The position numbers were made by a program, and so were the translations under genes. This document shows, one piece after another, positions 9,451 to 17,120 of a stretch of DNA of 64,000 nucleotides (the stretch's first letter is position 1; every line of letters begins with the position of its first letter). The notes beneath the pieces are model-generated. The model was not told the origin of the DNA and did no database searches. It saw only the letters and a program-made list of their open reading frames with translations. Source of the stretch: Cyclobacteriaceae bacterium. Lineage in GTDB: Bacteria; Bacteroidota; Bacteroidia; Cytophagales; Cyclobacteriaceae. Location: NCBI GenBank assembly GCA_965227265.1, contig OZ245738.1:183645-247644 (forward strand), written 5' to 3'.

Positions 9451-10419
9451 ATGCAAAAGAGGCTTTTTTCACTTACCCTGATTGTTTTTATAGTGTTTCT
9501 ATCGAGCGCCTGGGGTTTTTATGGCCATCAGCAAATCAACCGGTTGGCGGTGTTTACGCTGCCACCTGAAATGATCGGGTTTTACAAAAAGAACATCCGG
9601 TACATTACGGAAGCTGCAGTCAATCCGGATAAAAGGCGCTACACAGTAGTGGACGAGGCACCCCGCCATTACCTGGACATTGATCATTATGGCGACAGCG
9701 CGCTCCAAAAAATGCCGCGCTATTGGAAAGATGCGGTAGCGAAGTACACAGAAGATACATTGAAAGCATACGGCATTGTTCCCTGGCACATCAATACCAT
9801 GTATTACCGGTTAAAGGATGCCTTCATGCTGAAAGATCCGTCCAAAATACTTTACGTCTCAGCTGATCTTGGCCATTACATTGCTGACGCGCATGTTCCG
9901 TTACATACCACCGAAAATTATAATGGTCAGCTAAGCGGGCAGGATGGTATTCATGGCTTTTGGGAATCGCGCTTGCCGGAATTGTTTGCGAAGAACTACG
10001 ACTTCTTTACCGGTAAAGCTGAGTACCTCAAAAATCCGCAACTAGCTGCATGGAAAGCCATTGAAGGATCCAACATTCACCTAGATTCAGTTTTGTTATT
10101 AGAGAAACGCTTGACTGAAAAATTTGGTGAGAAGAAATTTTCGTTTGAAACAAAAGGCAAGCAGACTATAAAAGTTTATTCAGTAGAATTTTCAACTGCG
10201 TATCATAATGCATTAGCTGGAATGGTGGAACAACGCATGCGTGATGCTATTAAGATGGTAGGTGACTTTTGGTATACAGCCTGGGTGGATGCCGGTCAAC
10301 CGGATTTGAAAAGTTTGATTGATTATGTTCCGACTGAAGAAGAACTAGCGCAACGGAAGAGAGAACTTGAAGAATGGAAGCAGCAAAAGATCAAAGCAAG
10401 GATTGAGGCAGATAATTAG
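9451..10419 (+). CDS. zinc-dependent phospholipase C / S1-P1 nuclease-like family protein (secreted)
   Basis: Signal peptide then WGFYGHQQINRLAV ... NPDKRR ... EAPRHYLDIDHYG ... ADAHVPLHTTENYNG, i.e. His/Asp metal-ligand patterns of this fold. Confidence 0.55.
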   Translation: MQKRLFSLTLIVFIVFLSSAWGFYGHQQINRLAVFTLPPEMIGFYKKNIRYITEAAVNPDKRRYTVVDEAPRHYLDIDHYGDSALQKMPRYWKDAVAKYTEDTLKAYGIVPWHINTMYYRLKDAFMLKDPSKILYVSADLGHYIADAHVPLHTTENYNGQLSGQDGIHGFWESRLPELFAKNYDFFTGKAEYLKNPQLAAWKAIEGSNIHLDSVLLLEKRLTEKFGEKKFSFETKGKQTIKVYSVEFSTAYHNALAGMVEQRMRDAIKMVGDFWYTAWVDAGQPDLKSLIDYVPTEEELAQRKRELEEWKQQKIKARIEADN

Positions 10420-10476
10420 TATGTATTGGTTGTGCCAATTTTTATGCCTTTAGATATAAATAATTCCCGAATAGCT

Positions 10477-11016
10477 TCATATTTTCCATTGCAAGGTTCT
10501 CCAAACTCTAACTTTATCTGAGCTAATTCGGTTTCTAAAGCAATGAAAACAGATCTCTATGTATTCAAAAATCTTTCCGTTTGTGTCCGCAAATAAAACT
10601 GCATTCTGAGGGTCATAACAGCCAGTGCTAGAGTTAGTAAAAATCCTGCCACTGTAACCTAAATTCAATAGCATATCTGTTAAAGAATCAATTTCAGATC
10701 TGCTTAGTTCTTCCGTTTCAGAAATTTTCGAGAAATCAATCTCATTATTTGTAATGGGCAGTGAATGTGTAAAGTAATCACCTTCCAGTGTATCGAAAGA
10801 AACTAAGAAAATTTTTACAGCTGTATTGTATGGATACAATGCTCGCCTTTCATCAACGGAATACTTCCCCGTGTTAGTACAAAGATGATTTTTTTGATCT
10901 TGCTTTTGCTCTTTTTTAGTTAAATAATCTGGCGGAATCTTATCATTTGTTGTTCTTCTGGCAGAACAGCTTAGATTTAACGCAACGCACCCTAATAGGG
11001 CAAGTCGTACTAGCAT
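10477..11016 (-). CDS. hypothetical lipoprotein
   Basis: 179 aa. Lipobox-like LNLSCS. AT-rich relative to neighbours (20/60 and 22/60 GC in the two 60-nt lines I hand counted). No family recognised. Confidence 0.45.
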   Translation of the reverse strand: MLVRLALLGCVALNLSCSARRTTNDKIPPDYLTKKEQKQDQKNHLCTNTGKYSVDERRALYPYNTAVKIFLVSFDTLEGDYFTHSLPITNNEIDFSKISETEELSRSEIDSLTDMLLNLGYSGRIFTNSSTGCYDPQNAVLFADTNGKIFEYIEICFHCFRNRISSDKVRVWRTLQWKI

Positions 11017-11023
11017 AACCTTA

Positions 11024-11068
11024 AATAAAAATTCCGGACTGAATTACGAACAAAATTCAAGTCCGGAA
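11024..11068 (-). terminator. intrinsic terminator after the SRPBCC/GyrI-like gene
   Basis: Minus strand: TTCCGGACTTGAATT / AATTCAGTCCGGAA (14-15 bp stem with one bulge) followed by TTTTTATTT. Confidence 0.75.
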
Positions 11069-11091
11069 CATAGAAAATGAGAAGATTAAAA

Positions 11092-12102
11092 TTATTGAAT
11101 AGGATAATAAATTTCAGTCACCCATGCAGCTGTGTCTTTTTCTGTCATCGGGTCTGTGATATAGGATTCCCACGGACTTCCGGCCATGGATAAATTTTTA
11201 GACATGATGTATTCATTGATCTCCATGTGCGCAGTCATAAGTCCTGCGTAGTCACCTTTGTGAACGCCTTTAACCGCTTTACCTGCCGGCACTTGTTGAA
11301 TTTTATATTTAGTTGGAACCTTTGCATCGGCAGCAATCGGGAAAGCACAAATCATTTCAGCTTGTTTGGTTGTTTCATCCCACTTGGTTACTAGGCAGAA
11401 GGCTGCACCTGCAGGCGCTAATTTTGCTTTCGTAAGATCGGCCGCGAGTGTACCAAATGATTTTCCCATCACAGCACTCATGGCAGCTTCATCTTCGGTA
11501 CTTACTGAACCAGTAGGGATGCCGATATAACTAATTACCGGTGTTGTAGTTTCGCTGATGGCGGTTTTGAATTTCGGTTTCGCTTCTGCGTGTTCTTTTA
11601 TTTTGCTCAATCCAAAGTCAAAAGCTTTTTCAATTTCACCTTTCATAAACAAGCTGAACCAACGGCCGATTGGGTTCATGCCGTTATCAAATGTAAAGTT
11701 CATGGTAGCCTTTGTACCATCACCTTCAGACTCGGTAGTATATAAACCGTTGGCTTTACCACTTCCTGTAAATTCAATTTCACTGGCTACCGATTTATTT
11801 GGAACACTTTCGACAATGGTTACTGTTCCTTTACCCGTGTTTTTTCCATCCCAGGAATATGTGGCTCCTGTGCCCTCTGTTTTTTCTCCAAACGTTAACG
11901 TCATTTCACCTGGCTTTTCAAGTGAATTCCAGTATTGCCATTCCTGCCATTTTTTGAGGTCATTGAATTCATCAAAAACATTTTCAACGGGAGCATTAAC
12001 ACTAATGCTTCGTGATACTTCCATTTTGCCGGGGAGCAGGAAGCCGATCAGTAACAAAGCCACAATCAAGACAGCGAGTCCGATTAAGATTTTCTTTAAC
12101 AT
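11092..12102 (-). CDS. membrane-anchored SRPBCC-domain plus GyrI-like (effector-binding) domain protein
   Basis: 336 aa. N-terminal TM helix, SRPBCC-like half (VSRSISVNAPVENVFDEFNDLKKWQEW) and C-terminal GyrI-like half (KGVHKGDYAGLMTAHMEINEYI). Confidence 0.55.
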   Translation of the reverse strand: MLKKILIGLAVLIVALLLIGFLLPGKMEVSRSISVNAPVENVFDEFNDLKKWQEWQYWNSLEKPGEMTLTFGEKTEGTGATYSWDGKNTGKGTVTIVESVPNKSVASEIEFTGSGKANGLYTTESEGDGTKATMNFTFDNGMNPIGRWFSLFMKGEIEKAFDFGLSKIKEHAEAKPKFKTAISETTTPVISYIGIPTGSVSTEDEAAMSAVMGKSFGTLAADLTKAKLAPAGAAFCLVTKWDETTKQAEMICAFPIAADAKVPTKYKIQQVPAGKAVKGVHKGDYAGLMTAHMEINEYIMSKNLSMAGSPWESYITDPMTEKDTAAWVTEIYYPIQ

Positions 12103-12236
12103 AGGTATTGAGTTTGGTTTACGTGTTTTAAAGCGCTTTTATGAAGCGGAGACTAAGTTATGAAAAAATATCCCCTTCAAACGATTGAAATTATGTGAGG
12201 AAATTGTAAAATTTAAGGAAACTAAAACTCAAAGCC

Positions 12237-12695
12237 ATGATAATTTTCAATGATCCAAAGAGAATCCCCGAGGATTACGGCATCCGGATAGCCATCGGTG
12301 TTACTGCCTTTTTCCTCCTCATGAAGTTTGCGGGGTTTTTTCATGTCGTTGAGCTGAGGATGCTGAACATCTTTATCCTCGTGGGTGGAATTTATCTAGC
12401 GTTGAAGAAATTCAAGGATACACATGGCCATCACATTAATTATTTCAGGGCGTTGGTGGTAGGTGTTGTTACCGGGGCGATAGGCTCAGTCATTTTTGCC
12501 ATCTTCTTGTTCATCTATGTTCATATTGATTCGGATTTTATGGTTTGGCTTCAGCAAAACGAGCCTATGGGCCGCTTCCTCAATCCATACATTGTAGCAT
12601 TCATTGTTGCGTTGGAAGGATTGTTCTCAGGGTTACTCGTAACGTTTGTTCTGATTAACTATTTGCAGACTGACGAACCTGGCGAAACAACTTAA
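12237..12695 (+). CDS. small integral membrane protein (4 predicted helices)
   Basis: 152 aa with four hydrophobic stretches. Followed by a hairpin plus T-run terminator. Confidence 0.5.
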   Translation: MIIFNDPKRIPEDYGIRIAIGVTAFFLLMKFAGFFHVVELRMLNIFILVGGIYLALKKFKDTHGHHINYFRALVVGVVTGAIGSVIFAIFLFIYVHIDSDFMVWLQQNEPMGRFLNPYIVAFIVALEGLFSGLLVTFVLINYLQTDEPGETT

Positions 12696-12717
12696 TTCTG
12701 ATTCAAAGAAATACTGT

Positions 12718-12757
12718 GAACCTGTTGCGGATAAACCGTGACAGGTTCTTTATTTTT
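12718..12757 (+). terminator. intrinsic terminator after the small membrane protein gene
   Basis: GAACCTGT-(15 nt)-ACAGGTTC followed by TTTATTTTT. Confidence 0.7.
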
Positions 12758-12774
12758 GAGCAAAATCAATACGC

Positions 12775-14073
12775 ATGCGTTATAAGCAAATCAATAAGTC
12801 GCTCTACATCAATAACCGGAAACGATTGGTTAATGAGTTGGCGCCCGGTTCAGTTGCAGTTTTCAATTCAAACGACATCATGCCCACCAACGCGGATGGC
12901 ACCATGCGTTTCCGGCAGAACAATGATTTGTTTTACCTGACCGGTGTCGATCAGGAAGAGACAATTCTTTTATTATTCCCCAATCATCCGGATAAAAATT
13001 TTCGTGAGGTTCTTTTCCTGCGTGAGACCAGCGAGCTGATCGCAACTTGGGAAGGTCATAAGCTAACCAAAGAAGAAGCAAAGGAATTAAGCGGAATAGA
13101 AACAGTTCTCTGGACAACCGATTTCCATCGCGTATTGAATACTGCCTTAACAATGGGCGGAGGTGAGTTGATATATCTTAACACGAATGAACATTACCGT
13201 GCCGATATAGCAGTAGAAACTCGCGATTCAAGATTCATAAAATGGTGCAAAGAAAAATATCCACTTCATAGATATGAACGCATTGCACCAATCATGTCGA
13301 AGCTTCGAAGCATCAAATCAAAAGAAGAGATTGATCAATTGCAGATAGCGTGCGATATTACCAATAGTGCCTTCAGGCGTGTGTTGAAATTTGTAAAGCC
13401 CGGAGTTAAAGAATATGAAATAGAAGCCGAGTTTATTCATGAGTTTTTGCGCAACGGTTCAAGAGGCTTTGCCTATGAACCGATTATTGCGAGTGGTGCA
13501 AGCTCCTGTGTGCTTCACTATATTGAGAATAACAAAGCCTGTAAAGCAGGTGATGTTCTATTGCTCGATGTTGGTGCGGAATACGGAAACTACAATGCCG
13601 ATATGACCCGCACCATTCCGGTAAGCGGTAAGTTTACTAAACGACAGAAAGATGTTTACAATGCTGTGCTTCGAATAAAACGTGCTGCTATAAAACTACT
13701 CAAGCCGGGAGTTCAATATTTTGAGTATCATAAAGAAGTTCAAAAAATCACAGAAAGCGAATTGGTTAAGCTTAAACTGATTGATAAAACTGATCTTAAA
13801 AATCAAAATCCGGCTAAGCCATTATTCGTGAAATACTTCATGCACGGCACAGGACATCATTTGGGTTTGGATGTGCATGATATCGGTAATATGTACAGCA
13901 AGATGCAGGTTGGTATGGTTTGGACGGTTGAACCTGGAATTTATATCAAAGAAGAAGGCTTAGGGATTCGGTTAGAAAACAACGTTGTGATTGAAAAGTC
14001 CGTAGTAAAAGACCTGATGAAGAACATTCCGGTGGAATCGGAGGAGATTGAAGATTTAATGAATTCGAAATGA
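12775..14073 (+). CDS. Xaa-Pro aminopeptidase (M24B family)
   Basis: 432 aa. M24 metal-ligand blocks LLDVGAEYGNYNADMTRT, HGTGHHLGLDVHD, VEPGIY, IRLENNV. Confidence 0.85.
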   Translation: MRYKQINKSLYINNRKRLVNELAPGSVAVFNSNDIMPTNADGTMRFRQNNDLFYLTGVDQEETILLLFPNHPDKNFREVLFLRETSELIATWEGHKLTKEEAKELSGIETVLWTTDFHRVLNTALTMGGGELIYLNTNEHYRADIAVETRDSRFIKWCKEKYPLHRYERIAPIMSKLRSIKSKEEIDQLQIACDITNSAFRRVLKFVKPGVKEYEIEAEFIHEFLRNGSRGFAYEPIIASGASSCVLHYIENNKACKAGDVLLLDVGAEYGNYNADMTRTIPVSGKFTKRQKDVYNAVLRIKRAAIKLLKPGVQYFEYHKEVQKITESELVKLKLIDKTDLKNQNPAKPLFVKYFMHGTGHHLGLDVHDIGNMYSKMQVGMVWTVEPGIYIKEEGLGIRLENNVVIEKSVVKDLMKNIPVESEEIEDLMNSK

Positions 14074-14483
14074 GCACTACGTTAAACTCCGATAAAGCTC
14101 CAGAGCCCGTTGGGGCATACCCACATGCCAAACGTGTTGGTGATCTGCTTTTCTTAAGCGGTGTGGGTCCGCGCAAGCGTGGCTCGAAAGAAATTCCGGG
14201 TGTTACGCTTGATGATAAAGGCAACATTGTTTCGTATGATATCGAACAACAATGTCATTCTGTGTTTCAAAACGTTCGGTATGTTCTGGAAGCTTCAGGA
14301 TCGAAGTGGGAAAACCTGGTGGATGTAACCGTGTTTCTTACTAACATGAAAAAGGATTTTCCGGTCTTCAATAAGATTTACGCGGATTACTTTAGAGAAA
14401 ATCAACCTTGTCGTACAACCATTGAAATTAATGCGTTGCCTACGCCCATTGCGATTGAATTGAAATGTATCGCAACCCTATAA
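14070..14483 (+). CDS. ridA: RidA/YjgF-family reactive intermediate deaminase
   Basis: 137 aa. PVGAYPHAKRVGDLLFLSG ... NLVDVTVFLTNM ... PCRTTIEINALP. 4-nt overlap with the upstream aminopeptidase gene. Confidence 0.8.
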   Translation: MSTTLNSDKAPEPVGAYPHAKRVGDLLFLSGVGPRKRGSKEIPGVTLDDKGNIVSYDIEQQCHSVFQNVRYVLEASGSKWENLVDVTVFLTNMKKDFPVFNKIYADYFRENQPCRTTIEINALPTPIAIELKCIATL

Positions 14484-14490
14484 AATGCTT

Positions 14491-14529
14491 AGAGACGCCT
14501 GCTTCGATTACGCTCAGCATGACGTCTCT
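14491..14529. repeat. REP-like element with inner conserved-loop hairpin (opposite orientation)
   Basis: Minus-strand reading is AGAGACGTC-ATGCT-GAGCGTAATCGA-AGCAG-GCGTCTCT. Between convergent ridA (stop 14483) and the IscA-like gene (stop 14553). Confidence 0.8.
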
Positions 14530-14552
14530 TTAAAAATTAAATATTATGATGT

Positions 14553-14882
14553 CTAGACCGCGAAACTCTCGCCACATCCGCAAGTGCGCGATGCATTTGG
14601 GTTGATGAATTGGAACCCTTTTCCGTTCAAACCATCAGAAAAATCTAGAACGGTTCCTAACAAGTACAGTAAGCTTTTCTTATCCACGAGAATCTTTACG
14701 CCTTTATCTTCAAACACCTGATCGGCAGGATTGATCTTATCGTCAAAATCAAGATCGTACATTAAGCCTGAACAACCGCCACCTTTCACGGATACACGAA
14801 CGTTATGACTTGCTGGTGTGCGGCCTTCTACGTGAAGTAGTTCGCCAATTTTATCTTTTGCTTTATCGGTTACGGTAATCAT
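14553..14882 (-). CDS. IscA/ErpA (HesB) family iron-sulfur cluster insertion protein
   Basis: 109 aa. GGGCSGLMYDLDFD and C-terminal SRTCGCGESFAV. Confidence 0.9.
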   Translation of the reverse strand: MITVTDKAKDKIGELLHVEGRTPASHNVRVSVKGGGCSGLMYDLDFDDKINPADQVFEDKGVKILVDKKSLLYLLGTVLDFSDGLNGKGFQFINPNASRTCGCGESFAV

Positions 14883-14886
14883 AATC

Positions 14887-15297
14887 TTAGGAGATTGGAT
14901 TCAATACAACACTAAAAACAGTAATTGTGTTCATGTCACGGCCATAATATAATTTCTGCAGAGCATCAATTACGTTACCGGCTTTGAAATAGGAGGTGTG
15001 AAGCTCTTTATCACCTTTCACCACCCATTGAATCGTGTAGCTGTTTTCTTTCTCTTTATAGTTCTGAACGTAGTTCAGCATTTTACGCAGCGAATCAAGC
15101 TTATCCGTTCCGGTTTCTGAATGAAACAGAAAAGCCTGCTTATGGCGAGGGTTAACCGTGATTAAATCGAGCTTAACCTTGCCGTCCGCGGGAGCATATT
15201 CAAAGACCAAGTCAGAGGTTTTTGTTCCCAAATAGTCTTTAATCTCCTGCTGGATGCGGGCTGCTTCTACGTGTATTTCGCTACTAGTTTCGATCAT
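14887..15297 (-). CDS. hypothetical protein, immediately upstream of the IscA-like gene
   Basis: 136-aa ORF, 4 nt from the downstream gene. No motif recognised. Confidence 0.45.
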   Translation of the reverse strand: MIETSSEIHVEAARIQQEIKDYLGTKTSDLVFEYAPADGKVKLDLITVNPRHKQAFLFHSETGTDKLDSLRKMLNYVQNYKEKENSYTIQWVVKGDKELHTSYFKAGNVIDALQKLYYGRDMNTITVFSVVLNPIS

Positions 15298-15372
15298 TTC
15301 AGTACAGATTCAAAGGTTGAAACTTTCATTACCAACAAAAAGTTTCTCAATTTCCTGACAAATTTAGCAATT

Positions 15373-15780
15373 ATGGAAAAACTCGAGCACATCGGCATTG
15401 CAGTGAAAAACCTGGGTCAGGCAAATGCACTGTTTGAAAAGCTGTTAGGCAAGCCTCATTATAAGATCGAGGAGGTAGCAAGCGAGGGTGTGCGTACCTC
15501 ATTCTTCGAAGTTAATGGTGTTAAAATTGAGCTACTCGAAGCCAGCACTGAAAACTCACCGATTGCTAAGTTTATTGATAAGAGAGGTGAAGGTATTCAT
15601 CACCTTGCTTTTGAAGTCAAAGACATTTCTCAAGCTGTTGTTGAGTATAAAAAAGATGGTTTTGAGCCAATCAATTCAGAACCAAAAAAAGGTGCAGACA
15701 ACAAAATGATTTGTTTCCTGCACCCTAAGTCAACGGGTGGGGTTTTAATCGAGTTGTGCCAGGAAATCCCAAATTCGTAG
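15373..15780 (+). CDS. mce: methylmalonyl-CoA epimerase (VOC/glyoxalase fold)
   Basis: I use the ATG at 15373 (MEKLEHIGIAVKNL...) rather than the ORF-track start. GIHHLAFEV and GGVLIELCQ are typical of the family. Confidence 0.8.
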   Translation: MEKLEHIGIAVKNLGQANALFEKLLGKPHYKIEEVASEGVRTSFFEVNGVKIELLEASTENSPIAKFIDKRGEGIHHLAFEVKDISQAVVEYKKDGFEPINSEPKKGADNKMICFLHPKSTGGVLIELCQEIPNS

Positions 15781-15796
15781 AGACGTTAAAATTTTG
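15777..15796. repeat. degenerate half copy of the REP-like element
   Basis: GTAGAGACGTTAAAATTTTG keeps the left arm and loop. It contains the mce stop (TAG 15778-15780) and the stop of the candidate 52-aa ORF (15786-15788). The right arm has diverged. Confidence 0.35.
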
Positions 15797-15944
15797 GCTT
15801 CGGCACGTTCTTTTGACCGAGGTTAATTGCGTTATAATATTTTTGTTTGCGCTTGCCTTCGCGTGTTTCGTAATAGGATTTTTGCGTTGCGCACGATGAA
15901 AGAATGATTATTGCCACAATAGAAACCGAAATCAACCTTCTCAT
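15786..15944 (-). CDS. candidate 52-aa lipoprotein (below the ORF-track length cutoff)
   Basis: My own translation is MRRLISVSIVAIIILSSCATQKSYYETREGKRKQKYYNAINLGQKNVPKPKF*. Signal peptide plus lipobox (LSSC). It fills an otherwise empty 170-nt gap. Confidence 0.4.
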   Translation of the reverse strand: MRRLISVSIVAIIILSSCATQKSYYETREGKRKQKYYNAINLGQKNVPKPKF

Positions 15945-16082
15945 AATCTTTTGTTGGGTTTTGTTGTTGAGTATTTATACGGAACAATAATCCAGAAGTC
16001 CGCTAAATCACTTCATAATCGTATTTTTGCTTGCCAAACCGTCAGCGCTGTCGCTGAAAGGTTGGTTACAACGATAATTGGT

Positions 16083-17120
16083 ATGAGCGAAAACAGGTCA
16101 GAAATCAGCAAATTGGGTGAATTCGGATTAATTGACCGAATCAGTAAGAAATTCAACCTTCAAAATACCACCTCTATAAAAGGCATCGGTGATGATGCAG
16201 CGGTGATTGATGCCGGTGAAGATTACCTGTTAGTTTCGACTGATGTGCTTGCGGAAAGTATTCACTTTGATCTGGCGTACACTCCCTTGCAACATTTAGG
16301 GTATAAAGCTGTTTCAGTAAACGTATCAGATATTGCTGCAATGAATGGCAAGGCTGAGCAGATTGTTGTAAGTCTTGCATTGAGCAATCGGTTTTCAATT
16401 GAAGCAATTGATGCGTTATACGAAGGCATCCGTTCAGCGTGCGAACATTATAAAGTGGACTTAGTGGGAGGAGATACAACTTCATCGCGTTCGGGTTTGA
16501 TGATTTCGATTACTGTTCTGGGAAGGGTTAAAAAGGATAAAGTTGTTTACCGGGATGGCGCGAAGCTAAATGATATTATTTGTGTAACCGGTGACTTAGG
16601 TGCAGCCTTCATGGGGTTACAGATTTTGGAACGTGAAAAAGAAGTTTATAAAGCAGATCCCGACATGCAGCCTGCATTAGAAAAGTACGAGTATCTGGTT
16701 AGGCGTCAATTAAAATCAATAGCCCGTACCGATATTATTTTTGAATTGGAAGAGCTTGGGGTTAAGCCAACTTCGATGATTGATATTTCAGACGGGCTTG
16801 CTTCAGAGCTTTTTCACATCAGCAAAAATTCAGGAGTTGGTGTCAGGATTTATGAAGATAAAATCCCGGTAGATGAATTAACCTTTAACACAGCGGCATT
16901 GGAGTTTAAGATTGATCCAATCACCACGGCATTGAACGGAGGCGAAGATTACGAGCTTTTGTTTACGATCAGCCAGGAGGATTTTGAAAAAGTGAAAAAC
17001 CATTCAGACATTCACATGATCGGCTATGTTCATGATAAAAAGAATGAGCTGACGATGATAACAAAGGGTGGTAATGTTGTTCCGCTGCAAGCGCAAGGTT
17101 GGAATCATTTTCAATCTTGA
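16083..17120 (+). CDS. thiL: thiamine-monophosphate kinase
   Basis: Start placed at MSENRSEISKLGEFGLIDRI. GDDAAV motif, AIR-synthase-like fold (SDIAAMNG, GGDTTSS). Confidence 0.85.
   Translation: MSENRSEISKLGEFGLIDRISKKFNLQNTTSIKGIGDDAAVIDAGEDYLLVSTDVLAESIHFDLAYTPLQHLGYKAVSVNVSDIAAMNGKAEQIVVSLALSNRFSIEAIDALYEGIRSACEHYKVDLVGGDTTSSRSGLMISITVLGRVKKDKVVYRDGAKLNDIICVTGDLGAAFMGLQILEREKEVYKADPDMQPALEKYEYLVRRQLKSIARTDIIFELEELGVKPTSMIDISDGLASELFHISKNSGVGVRIYEDKIPVDELTFNTAALEFKIDPITTALNGGEDYELLFTISQEDFEKVKNHSDIHMIGYVHDKKNELTMITKGGNVVPLQAQGWNHFQS

Noticed and set aside
11558-12163. 201-aa plus-strand ORF opposite the SRPBCC/GyrI-like gene
   Set aside because: It is a shadow of the minus-strand gene, which has a TM anchor, domain-like sequence and its own strong terminator. 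The antisense product is Ser/Pro/Phe-rich with no motif.
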